Shown piece by piece: positions 16,631 through 24,707 of a stretch of 28,370 nucleotides of DNA (position 1 is the first letter of the stretch; the number at the start of each line of letters is the position of its first letter). Source of the stretch: a virus (taxonomy: Duplodnaviria; Caudoviricetes). The DNA lies in IMG/VR virus record IMGVR_UViG_3300037311_000260, positions 1 to 28,370 of that record; one strand, written 5' to 3'. The position numbers and the translations under genes are program-made. The notes beneath the pieces are model-generated. The model worked only from the letters and a program-made list of their open reading frames with translations, did no database searches and was not told the DNA's origin.

Positions 16631-16976
16631 TGCGGGGCTCCTTTGTCTTGCGGGGTTCGGGGGCGCTCACGGCCTCGCCGGCCGCGGCCGTCGCCGGTTG
16701 CGGTGGCGCGGGCAAGGACGGTGCGGGCTGAGGTGGCGAGAGCTTGAGCGGCCCAGCGGCGGCCTTCGGTTCGGGCGGCGTGGTCTCTTCGACCAGCTTG
16801 AAGGCGAGCCAGCCCTCGACCTGATAATGGTCCTCCGGCAACGCCTCGGGCAGGCGCACGCCAGGGGCGACCTGGGCGGCGAACCCGAACACCGGCGGCT
16901 CATCGAGATCAGCCCCGATGTGCCACACCTCGATCGTGGTCGGCGGCCCGCGCCAGATGTACCATTTGTCGGCCAT
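16623..16976 (-). CDS. Hypothetical protein preceding the sheath gene
   Basis: GAGGAG RBS; overlaps the sheath start; LPEDHYQVEGW core with a Pro/Ala-rich tail. Confidence 0.7.
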   Translation of the reverse strand: MADKWYIWRGPPTTIEVWHIGADLDEPPVFGFAAQVAPGVRLPEALPEDHYQVEGWLAFKLVEETTPPEPKAAAGPLKLSPPQPAPSLPAPPQPATAAAGEAVSAPEPRKTKEPRNG

Positions 16977-16987
16977 GGTCGGTCTCC

Positions 16988-17545
16988 TCAGTCGGTCTCG
17001 GCGCGGGTGCGGTGGATCAGCGGCGACTGCGTGGCCGTCCGGTACGGCACGGCCGGCAGCCTCGTCTCGAACACGAGGCGGTAGCGGAAGACGCCCTCAT
17101 CCTCGCTTTCGAGCTCGATCTCGATGGGGCGCAGGCCCACGCCACCGGCCAGCGACTGGCCATGCAGCGCGGTCCTGATCTCGCGCGTGAGGCCGTAGGC
17201 GCCGGTCGCGCCGCGCAGCGCCCGGACCAGCAGGACGATGGTCAGACGCACCGTCTCGCGCACGCCCTGATCGCCGACCTGGCCGGCGACGTCGAAGCGC
17301 GAGCCGTCGTAGATGACCAGCGCCGCGGCATCCTGGCCTTCGAAATCATATTCGCCCGGCTTGTTCGGAAAGTGCGCGATCGCCACGCGCGCCGGCAGGC
17401 GCTGGGACAGCCGCACGACCACCGCCTCACAAACGGCGTCGATGGCGGTCTCAGCGGTCGGCGCGCGGTTGGCGGCCGCGAGCGGGTGATCCGCGTCAAG
17501 GTCGGCGGCAGCGGAGGCGGAGGCGGAGGCGGCAGAGGCGGACAT
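16988..17545 (-). CDS. Mu gp37-like tail terminator/completion protein
   Basis: HFPNKPGEY...ALVIYDGSRF...VRALRGATGAY...GVFRYRLVF; follows gp36. Confidence 0.8.
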   Translation of the reverse strand: MSASAASASASAAADLDADHPLAAANRAPTAETAIDAVCEAVVVRLSQRLPARVAIAHFPNKPGEYDFEGQDAAALVIYDGSRFDVAGQVGDQGVRETVRLTIVLLVRALRGATGAYGLTREIRTALHGQSLAGGVGLRPIEIELESEDEGVFRYRLVFETRLPAVPYRTATQSPLIHRTRAETD

Positions 17546-17991
17546 CAGCGATAGCCCTCCAGCAAGGAGGGGCCGCGCGCCGGCGGCATCGCCGCCGTGA
17601 TGCGCAGTTCGGCCGCGGCAGCCTCGGCGGCGGGCGCGCTGCCGGTGAGGTCGAGCGTCAGCTTGCCGGCGGCGATGTCCTTCAGCCGCGCGATCGCTTC
17701 GTCATAGCGCTTCTGCACGGTCTCGTTCATCGCCGAGGATTGGCCGCCACGGCCGCGCAGACGCCAGCGTGCGATGTCGGCGGCGAGCCCCTTGAGCAAG
17801 GCCGAGCCTTCCGCCTCGGCCTTGCCCCAGCGGTCGCGCACATAGCCGACCACGACGCCTTGCGCATGCACGATGGCCTCGACGATCTTGGGCTCATCGA
17901 GCGCGCGCTCGTCGCGCGGGCCGACGCCTGCGATCTGCAGCATCTCCTCCTCGCCGAACGCCGCCACCATGTCCGCAACCGTCAGAAACAC
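17545..17991 (-). CDS. Mu gp36-like (DUF1320) head-tail adaptor
   Basis: FLTVADMVAAFGEEEMLQI...DIARWRL...RYDEAIARLKDIAAGKLTL. GTG start with an AGGAG RBS. Confidence 0.9.
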   Translation of the reverse strand: MFLTVADMVAAFGEEEMLQIAGVGPRDERALDEPKIVEAIVHAQGVVVGYVRDRWGKAEAEGSALLKGLAADIARWRLRGRGGQSSAMNETVQKRYDEAIARLKDIAAGKLTLDLTGSAPAAEAAAAELRITAAMPPARGPSLLEGYR

Positions 17992-18005
17992 CTGTGCTCT
18001 CCTGT

Positions 18006-18160
18006 GCGGCTGACGCCGCGTGAATGGGTGGCGGTCTGTTCCCGCCCGTCACCAGGATCGCGCCTGGACGCCTACTCGGCTCTCCCGACACGAGGGCGGC
18101 GCGCTGCGATGCGCCGTGATCCTCGCCGTTGCCCACGGAGCCTTTCGCTCGGAATGGCTC
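18006..18160 (-). ncRNA. Candidate structured RNA downstream of the capsid genes
   Basis: Six inverted repeats in about 155 nt of non-coding DNA within an otherwise gap-free operon (see findings). Confidence 0.45.
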
Positions 18161-18377
18161 AGTCCGGCGCGGACGCTGTCCGTGCGACAGCGCCGAGCGC
18201 CTCCAGCTCGTCGAACACCGCGTCGGGCAGAACGATCGCGTCGCCCTCCTCGAAACGGCGACCGGATGTCTTGATCGGCGACAGCACGCGGCAGGGAACG
18301 CCGGCGGCTGTGTCGCCGGGAACTGCCTCACCGGAGGCGGGCTCGCGTGCGGCGACGGTCCGTGCGCTCTTCGCCAT
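18159..18377 (-). CDS. Small post-capsid protein (Mu gp35-like position)
   Basis: 72 aa with RVLSPIKTSGRRFEEGDAIVL...ELEALGAV, typical of small genes after a major capsid gene. Confidence 0.7.
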   Translation of the reverse strand: MAKSARTVAAREPASGEAVPGDTAAGVPCRVLSPIKTSGRRFEEGDAIVLPDAVFDELEALGAVARTASAPD

Positions 18378-18382
18378 CGCTG

Positions 18383-19324
18383 TCACGCCGCCGCGTTGGT
18401 GAAGAGGAAGCCGGCGTCGGTGCCGACATGGTAGGGCCGGCGCTCCATCGTGGTCGGGTACTTCCACGACTTGATGTCGCGGTCGTACCAGGGGCTCTCC
18501 ACCATGGGGTAGCCCTGCAGCCGATAGGTGTAGGCGAAGGCGGGCATCATCCAGTTCGAGCCCTGCGGCACGAAGGCGAGGATCGCGTCCTTGCCCCAGA
18601 CATCCGTCGCAGGCGCTGTGTCGGCCACGCCATCGGGCAGGAACACCGCCTTGCCGTTGATCACCTCGCGCAGCCCGAAATACCGCGCCAGCATCGCCTC
18701 GGTGATGCTCTCGGCGTTGGTATACTTGAACTGCTCCTTGATCTTCGGGTGGTTCGCCAGCGCGTTGAACGCGGCAGGGCCGAGCACCAGCGTCGTCGGG
18801 TAGCGACCGATCAGCCGGCGGATGGCTTCCTTCGCCTCATCGATGTCGGCTTTCGGATCGGAGGTGGCGTCCGACCACTGGTCGGTCCCGGACAAGGTGA
18901 CCTTGTTGGACGAGGGATAGGAGGCCGCCGTCCGCAGCAGCGTGGCCGTGTCGATCTCAAGGCCGAGATCGAGCTGGTCGAGCACCATCTGCACGGCGGT
19001 CTGGCCCATGTTGATGCCGGGCAGCCGGGCCGCCTCCTCGGAGGTCTCGATCGGGACCAGCCCCTGCAGCGCGTCCTGCTGCAGAGAGACAGGATCGGAG
19101 GCATAGCCATACTGCACCGTCAGGATCGGCGAGCCAGGCGCGCGGCGCGTGTTGAGCCGGCGGAAGCTTTCCTTGCCGAACCGGATCGTGCGCGAGGAGC
19201 GCGACGGCACGTCGACCACAGGCGCGAGGCGGCCGGCGATGAATTCCTGATTGTCGTAGCCTCGGGCGAAGTTGGTCAGGACGGCGTCGACGATCGCCGC
19301 CTGTCCAGGGGTCATGGCGCGCAT
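18383..19324 (-). CDS. Major capsid protein
   Basis: 313 aa; VDAVLTNFARGY, FGKESF...TRRAPG, LSGTDQWSDATSDP, LANHPKI, PAFAYTY, AGFLFTNA. Confidence 0.9.
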   Translation of the reverse strand: MRAMTPGQAAIVDAVLTNFARGYDNQEFIAGRLAPVVDVPSRSSRTIRFGKESFRRLNTRRAPGSPILTVQYGYASDPVSLQQDALQGLVPIETSEEAARLPGINMGQTAVQMVLDQLDLGLEIDTATLLRTAASYPSSNKVTLSGTDQWSDATSDPKADIDEAKEAIRRLIGRYPTTLVLGPAAFNALANHPKIKEQFKYTNAESITEAMLARYFGLREVINGKAVFLPDGVADTAPATDVWGKDAILAFVPQGSNWMMPAFAYTYRLQGYPMVESPWYDRDIKSWKYPTTMERRPYHVGTDAGFLFTNAAA

Positions 19325-19343
19325 GGGTGCGATCCTTCAGGGG

Positions 19344-19685
19344 TTAGCGGATGCAAACGAAGACGGTCTGGCCGGCAGCCGTGACCGCGTTGAGCGCACG
19401 CCCGACCCGGTTGGCGGCGACGCCGTTGGAGGCGGTCGGATCGGTCACCGCGCGGCCTTGCGCGTCCGGCGTCACGCCGGCGTCGAGCGCGATGGCCGCG
19501 CCGGCCTCGACGCCGATGATGCCGAGATAATCGACCGCCACATCCTGGCCGGCGGAGAAGTCCGTCTTGGCGACGCCGAACACGATGTCGGTCGCGCCGG
19601 CCTGGGCTCCGGCGGCGGTGACGAAGCGGCGCTGCACGCCGGCCCCGGTCGCCCGCAGGGTATGGGTGAAGGTCTGGTAATGCAT
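19344..19685 (-). CDS. DUF2190-family capsid cement/decoration protein
   Basis: RRFVT...FGVA...AGQDVAV...VEAGAAI...DAQGRAV...GRAL. GAGGAG RBS. Confidence 0.85.
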   Translation of the reverse strand: MHYQTFTHTLRATGAGVQRRFVTAAGAQAGATDIVFGVAKTDFSAGQDVAVDYLGIIGVEAGAAIALDAGVTPDAQGRAVTDPTASNGVAANRVGRALNAVTAAGQTVFVCIR

Positions 19686-19695
19686 CGCGCGCTCC

Positions 19696-20175
19696 TCAGC
19701 GGGTGACGGCGGCGACAGCCGCCATGTAGTCCGACCCCGGATGGCTCGCCTGCCAGGCGACAGCCTTGGCGTGGAGCTCGGCGGACGCCGGATCGACGGC
19801 CATGCCGTCGGGCGCAGCGAAGGACGCGGCGCGTCCGGGCAGGCCACCCCGCTGGCCGGTGTCGATCTGGCCGAAGGCGACCACGGGCGGCAGCGCCTCC
19901 AGGATGTCCCTCACGAGCTGCCGGGCGGGGAGGCTGCGCTGGGCGTCGCCCTCGGCGAACGCCACCGGAGCGGCGTCGGCCGGCAGGGCGTCGAGCAGCG
20001 CGACCACGCGCTCCTGCAGCACCGGGGTCAGACGGCCCGCGTCGATCAGGCGCTCGGCGAAGGCGACATGCGCCTCATGGGCGGCGGCCCGCTCGCGCGC
20101 CTCCAGTTCGGCGATACGCGCCTGGAGCGCTGCGGCGTCCGGCTGGGCGGGCGGCGGGGTCGGGACTGTGGTCAC
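19696..20175 (-). CDS. Putative internal in-frame scaffold protein (Mu gpZ equivalent)
   Basis: GGAG (20185-20188) lies 9 nt before an in-frame GTG at 20175, at the protease-scaffold linker. Confidence 0.55.
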   Translation of the reverse strand: MTTVPTPPPAQPDAAALQARIAELEARERAAAHEAHVAFAERLIDAGRLTPVLQERVVALLDALPADAAPVAFAEGDAQRSLPARQLVRDILEALPPVVAFGQIDTGQRGGLPGRAASFAAPDGMAVDPASAELHAKAVAWQASHPGSDYMAAVAAVTR

Positions 20176-20865
20176 GGGGAAGGGCTCCGGTTTGGGAAAG
20201 GCGGCGGCGAAAGCCGGTCCCGGCGCGGACGGGGTGGCCGCGTCGTCGATCCAGGCGATGGTCCAGCTGGGAAGGGTGCGGTCGGCCTGTTCGGCCCCGA
20301 ACTTCTCGATGATCCACTCGCGCAGCGAGCGGAACAGGCCGGCGACGTCGCGCAGGGCGGTCATGTCGCCGAACTCGAAGACCTGCACGCCCGTCGCGTC
20401 GCCGAAAGCCACAGGCTTCAGGCCCGGCACCGCCGGGGCGGCCGCGCCCAAAAAACCGACATGCTTGGGGTACCAGGTGCCGGGCTTCGGATTGTTCGGT
20501 GCGTCCGGCGCGAACAGCGCCATCGAAATCCGCTTGTAACGGCCCGCCGCCACCGCCTCGGCGAAAGCGGGCTCGATCTGGTCGAGCTCGGCCACGAGCC
20601 GTTCGCTCTCCGGCTCCCAGCGGAACGCGGCCGCCCAGGCGAAGGCTGGGGCGTCGATCGCGGGATGACCGACCACCGCGGGCGCAGGGGCCAGCGCAGC
20701 GTCATAGACCGTCGCCATGGCGGCGACATCGGCGGCGGAGAAGGTGATGGGCTCGCCAGAGAGCGGCGTGAACGTGCCCGGCCGGAAAACCTCGACCGCA
20801 CGGCGCGCAGCCGGCCCGGCGGACCGGGGAGATGTCTGGAGTGGCGCGGCGGATGCGGCGATCAT
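19696..20865 (-). CDS. Mu gpI-like prohead protease/scaffold
   Basis: VEVFRPGTF, APAVVGHP, GRYKRIS, HVGFLGAAAPAVPGL; helical scaffold C-terminus. Confidence 0.9.
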   Translation of the reverse strand: MIAASAAPLQTSPRSAGPAARRAVEVFRPGTFTPLSGEPITFSAADVAAMATVYDAALAPAPAVVGHPAIDAPAFAWAAAFRWEPESERLVAELDQIEPAFAEAVAAGRYKRISMALFAPDAPNNPKPGTWYPKHVGFLGAAAPAVPGLKPVAFGDATGVQVFEFGDMTALRDVAGLFRSLREWIIEKFGAEQADRTLPSWTIAWIDDAATPSAPGPAFAAAFPKPEPFPVTTVPTPPPAQPDAAALQARIAELEARERAAAHEAHVAFAERLIDAGRLTPVLQERVVALLDALPADAAPVAFAEGDAQRSLPARQLVRDILEALPPVVAFGQIDTGQRGGLPGRAASFAAPDGMAVDPASAELHAKAVAWQASHPGSDYMAAVAAVTR

Positions 20866-20917
20866 GGCGGCACCATGACCGCGTCGCCGCAGCATCGAGA
20901 GGCGCGCCGCGCGCCCC
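20866..20917 (-). promoter_or_regulatory. Putative late promoter upstream of the protease gene (Mu P_I equivalent)
   Basis: Same 21-bp box as at 8232-8252, 32 bp from ATG 20865. CATGGT sits at the -10 position. Confidence 0.7.
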
Positions 20918-21155
20918 CGCTTCATCGGGCGGCGCAGCGCCACTATCGGCGCGCCAGGCCCGCCGGTCAACGCGTGGTGATGCCCGCGCCGCGCCTGCGG
21001 TCCGCCCCCATCAATCCAGCTTCAAATCTGACGGCCATCTGACGCGCGCTGGAACGGATCATGGGGGGCTCCGCTAGGCTGATGGCGGGGGCGGGTGTCT
21101 TGGCCGCCACGGGCCGTTTGTGGGGCTCGGCGGTTTTCGCCTGGTCCGCGCACGC

Positions 21156-21692
21156 TCAGGGCTTCGCGTCCACCGCCAGCCAGGCGCGGACGCCCTGCTC
21201 GACCGCACGCTGATCCTTCGGGCCGAACCCGACCATGGGGCGGGCGGGAATGGTGACCTTCATGGCGTAGGCGAACCCGACCATGGGGCGGGCGCCCTTC
21301 GCCGCCGGGATCGGAATGGCGAGGCGCTTGGCTTTCTTGGGCACGATCGTGGCCCCGAATTGCTGCACGCCCGCCTGCACGCCGGAGATGCCGATCGACA
21401 GGGTGCGCCCCGCCACGCGGTAGTTGGACGAGCGCATCAGCAGGCCGCTCCGGCGCAGGATCGGGCCTGTCTTGCCGCCGCGCGTTTCGATGGTGAGCGG
21501 CCTCAGCGGCTGCCATGGACTGCCATCGGGCGCGCTTTGGTCGCGGAAGCGGTCGAGCTGCACCCTGAGCAGCTTCTCGCCGATGGTTTTGAGGCCGGAC
21601 GCCGGGTTGCGCGCCTTCGCTTCGAGCTCCGCCAACTGGGCGCTGGCGGCGGCGAGGCTCGGGCCGCCGCTGACCTTGATCGCAATGGACAT
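21156..21692 (-). CDS. Virion morphogenesis protein (Mu gpG / P2 gpS family)
   Basis: RFRDQSAPDGSPWQPL, ILRRSGLL, QQFGATI, VTIPARPMVGF. Confidence 0.9.
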   Translation of the reverse strand: MSIAIKVSGGPSLAAASAQLAELEAKARNPASGLKTIGEKLLRVQLDRFRDQSAPDGSPWQPLRPLTIETRGGKTGPILRRSGLLMRSSNYRVAGRTLSIGISGVQAGVQQFGATIVPKKAKRLAIPIPAAKGARPMVGFAYAMKVTIPARPMVGFGPKDQRAVEQGVRAWLAVDAKP

Positions 21693-21792
21693 GTGCCGCC
21701 CTCTCCCCTATCGCTGGTGACGTGGTGACCGAGCCTCGTCCGGCCTAGTAGGTCACCATCCGTGATGCGCGGCCGGGACGACGGCGCGCGCG

Positions 21793-23061
21793 TCAATCCG
21801 TGCCGCGCCGCCAGATCAGCGCGCCCTGCCTCTGCCGCAACAGATAGTCCGTGCTGTCGGGCGGGAAGGCGGTCATGCCGCGCCACCCGGCGGTCGACCA
21901 CTGGAACAGCCCAAATCCCTCACTGTCCAATCCGCGCCGCAGATAGCTGCGCAACAGCGCCGGCGGCGCGACGGGCGACGCCCGCCACCAGGAGACCCAG
22001 ATTTCGTCGGGGTCCTGGATGGTTTCGGCCAGTCTGAGCACCTGCGCCTCGCGACCGCGCTTCAGGACCTTGAGCGCGCCATCCTCGCTGGCGAAGAGGC
22101 GCTGGGACACAACGATGGCGTGACCGGCGGCATCGCGAACCATGACGGGCTGCCCGATGGCCGCGCCGAACGCGGCGAGAAAGCGTTCGACATAGCGCTC
22201 CGCCGGCTGTCCGCTCTCCAGCAAGGGGGCTGTGAAGGCCCGCGGCGGCGGCATGGCCGGCACGATGACGCGCGCGGAAACCCGCTCGTTGGGCATGAGC
22301 GGCTCAAGCGGCGCTTGCAGGTTGCGCGGCACGAGCCCGCGCGACCAGTCGCGGCCCGGCGCATGGTCCCAGCCCAGATCGATGCCGTTCGGCACCTGCA
22401 CCACCCGTCCGGTTGCGGGGTCCACGAGACCGCGCGTCACGATGGGGGGGCTCGCATCGGGCGTCACGCCGTCTTCGGCGAGGTCCTCATCGGACAGTGT
22501 CTCGACCCCGCAAGAGCAGTTCCAGCCATTGGGCGGATAATGGGTGTCCCACCAGGCGTCGTTCCAGGCGAGCACCAGCCCGTCCCAGCTTTCATGGTCG
22601 GGGCGTGCGCGCTCGGGCACGCGGTAGAAGGCGTGGCGGTAGCGCCACCATTTCTGGACCTTGACCACGTCAGGGTCGGTCATCTGGGCGTAGCGGCCGG
22701 CGGCATAGGCGGTCTTGAGGTTGGTCTCGTAGATCACCCGCGCCCGCCAGGCCCGATCGGCCGCGCTGCCCTCGCCGGTCCAGCCGGTCCAGCCATGCTT
22801 CTTGACGATGGCGTCGAACTGCTCCCGAAACTCCGCCAGAGACATCTGGCCGGCCACGCCCTTGTCGATGGCGGCCCTGAGATCGGCCAGGAGCTCCGCC
22901 TTCATCGCGCCGGCCACCACGAAGGCGCGGTCGTTGGCGCGGCCCTCGATGTCGCGAAAGGTGCGGGTCGGCAGGTTGGTTTTCTGCCGGAAATAGCCGA
23001 CCGCCTCCTCGAAGGTCTGGCCCCAGGCCGGCCGATCGGTCTCGGCGAAGTGCCGGTTCAT
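21793..23061 (-). CDS. Minor head protein MuF fused to a C-terminal PBECR2-like nuclease domain
   Basis: MuF motifs AFVVAGA, IYETNLKTAYAAGR, RPDH, PPNGWNCSC and GIDLGWDHAPG. C-terminus KVLKRGRE...LAETIQDPDEIW...TAF...YLLRQRQGALIWRR. Confidence 0.85.
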   Translation of the reverse strand: MNRHFAETDRPAWGQTFEEAVGYFRQKTNLPTRTFRDIEGRANDRAFVVAGAMKAELLADLRAAIDKGVAGQMSLAEFREQFDAIVKKHGWTGWTGEGSAADRAWRARVIYETNLKTAYAAGRYAQMTDPDVVKVQKWWRYRHAFYRVPERARPDHESWDGLVLAWNDAWWDTHYPPNGWNCSCGVETLSDEDLAEDGVTPDASPPIVTRGLVDPATGRVVQVPNGIDLGWDHAPGRDWSRGLVPRNLQAPLEPLMPNERVSARVIVPAMPPPRAFTAPLLESGQPAERYVERFLAAFGAAIGQPVMVRDAAGHAIVVSQRLFASEDGALKVLKRGREAQVLRLAETIQDPDEIWVSWWRASPVAPPALLRSYLRRGLDSEGFGLFQWSTAGWRGMTAFPPDSTDYLLRQRQGALIWRRGTD

Positions 23062-24707
23062 CGGGCGCGGGGCCTGCGTCGTCGCCGCCGCGCGTCTATC
23101 GCCTCGGCGACGTCCGCCCGACCGCTCAGCTCGGCGACGGCGATGGCCGGCGCGACCACACGCCCGAGCGGATCAAGCGTCAACGCCGGATCGAGCGCGA
23201 GCAGCCGGTCGGGCAACTGCGCGAGGTCCTCGCCGGCCGCGATCGCCCGATCGATTTCGGCGGCGATGATCGCCGTCCAGTCGGCAAGCGCCGGTGCGGC
23301 GGCCATGCCCAGCGCGTCCGCCAACGCGGCCATGCCATGATCATGGCCGTCAGTATCGCTCAGGCCGGCGAACTGCATCTGACGCTGCAACGCCTTGTCC
23401 GCTCCCAGGCGGGGTGGGCCGGGCGGGCTTGGCGCGAGAACCGGCGCAGCCGGCCGCGCCACGGCCAGCGCCTGCAGCACATCGTCGGGATAATCCGGCA
23501 GCAGGCCGGCATCGGCCAGATCGCGCGCGGTCTTGACGAAGGCCTGATCGCCGACGCGCGTGGCCAGATCAAACAGCGTGTCGAGCTCCGCGGCCGCATT
23601 CGCCGCCCGCTCCTTGCGCAGGAGCTCTTCCTGCAGCGCGTTCTTGTTGCGCTGGCGCTGGAGGCTTGGGGGATTGGCTCCCGGCAGGTTGTAGTCGATC
23701 AGCCATTGGAACAGCGAGCCCCGCAGCGTATCGGCCAGCAGATCGGCGTCGGCGTCGATGATCTGTTCCTCGGCCTCCTTGTGCGTCTCGGAGGCGGCGC
23801 GCGAGCCCTGGCCTTCAACGTAGGTCGCCAGCGTCGAGCCGAACACGCACAGCGCCATCTGCGTGTCCCAATAGGTGCACCACTCCTCATAGGACGCGTT
23901 GCCCGAGCGCGCCGCCTCCAGGAATTCCACCTCGGTGCCGATCGGCGCGACCACCGCGCCGGCCTGCACCATCTCCTGCAAGGAGCGCAGCAGCCGGTCC
24001 TGATCCGCTGGCAAGGTGCCGAGCGGATATTTGCCCACCGGAACGGGCGAGGCGTACTTCTCCAGAAACGTCATCCAGAAGGCGATGCCCTCGCGCTTGA
24101 ACAACACGCACCAGAACAGGCGTGAGCCGAGCCCGAGGCCGTACGGATCGTTGCCGCGCACGCCGAAGCGGTGCACGATGAACTTCCGATCCGGCAGCGG
24201 CTCGCCGGCGGAGAGGTTCGCCATGGTCAACAGGCGCGGCCGCCAGTCTTCATCGAAGACGAAGCGCCGTGGATCATGCGCGACGATGCGTGCGGGCGCG
24301 ATCCGGCCCGCCCGCCGCGCCCAGATCACCTCGGCGATGGCGTAGCCCTTGAGGGTCGCGTCCAGCAGGTCGAGGCAGAGCTGGTCGACATTGATCGCGC
24401 CGAGCACCTCCTCGACCATCGCGGCCGCCGCCTGGTCGAGCGCGCTGTCGCTGGCGGGCTCGACGTGCCAGTTCCGGCCCACCAGCGCGAATTTCCGCTT
24501 TTGCAGGACCGCATAGGCGTGCGGATCGCGCTCGATCTCGTCATAGAGCGCGAGGCCCTTGCCGCCGCCGCGCTCGATGAGGACCGCGTCGGTCGGCCTG
24601 AGCACCGTCGTGAATTGCGGGATGGTGATGTCGTTGCGCGCATGAGCGATCAGCCGACGGGCGTCCGCTGGCAGGTTCTTGGAAGCGGGCTCGGGAGCGT
24701 CGGTCAC
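23058..24707 (-). CDS. Portal protein (Mu gp29, DUF935)
   Basis: YDEIERDPH...LQKRK, LDATLKGYAIAEVIW, PYGLGL, FLEKYASP. GTGA overlap with the terminase stop. Confidence 0.93.
   Translation of the reverse strand: MTDAPEPASKNLPADARRLIAHARNDITIPQFTTVLRPTDAVLIERGGGKGLALYDEIERDPHAYAVLQKRKFALVGRNWHVEPASDSALDQAAAAMVEEVLGAINVDQLCLDLLDATLKGYAIAEVIWARRAGRIAPARIVAHDPRRFVFDEDWRPRLLTMANLSAGEPLPDRKFIVHRFGVRGNDPYGLGLGSRLFWCVLFKREGIAFWMTFLEKYASPVPVGKYPLGTLPADQDRLLRSLQEMVQAGAVVAPIGTEVEFLEAARSGNASYEEWCTYWDTQMALCVFGSTLATYVEGQGSRAASETHKEAEEQIIDADADLLADTLRGSLFQWLIDYNLPGANPPSLQRQRNKNALQEELLRKERAANAAAELDTLFDLATRVGDQAFVKTARDLADAGLLPDYPDDVLQALAVARPAAPVLAPSPPGPPRLGADKALQRQMQFAGLSDTDGHDHGMAALADALGMAAAPALADWTAIIAAEIDRAIAAGEDLAQLPDRLLALDPALTLDPLGRVVAPAIAVAELSGRADVAEAIDARRRRRRPRAR

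Noticed and set aside
17511-17540. (GGAGGC)n microsatellite at the start of gp37 as a phase-variation switch
   Set aside because: The hexamer unit keeps the frame and only encodes a low-complexity Ser-Ala stretch.
18040-18100. tRNA or 5S rRNA fragment (GGGAGAG...GAGTAGG...CCAGGC on the minus strand)
   Set aside because: The resemblance is limited to a few bases; there is no T-loop GTTC, cloverleaf or 5S helix pattern. Retained only as an unknown structured RNA.
21022-21901. ORFs 21503-21901 and 21022-21516 as an immunity gene for the MuF toxin
   Set aside because: Both overlap MuF or gpG out of frame, lack an RBS and give low-complexity translations.
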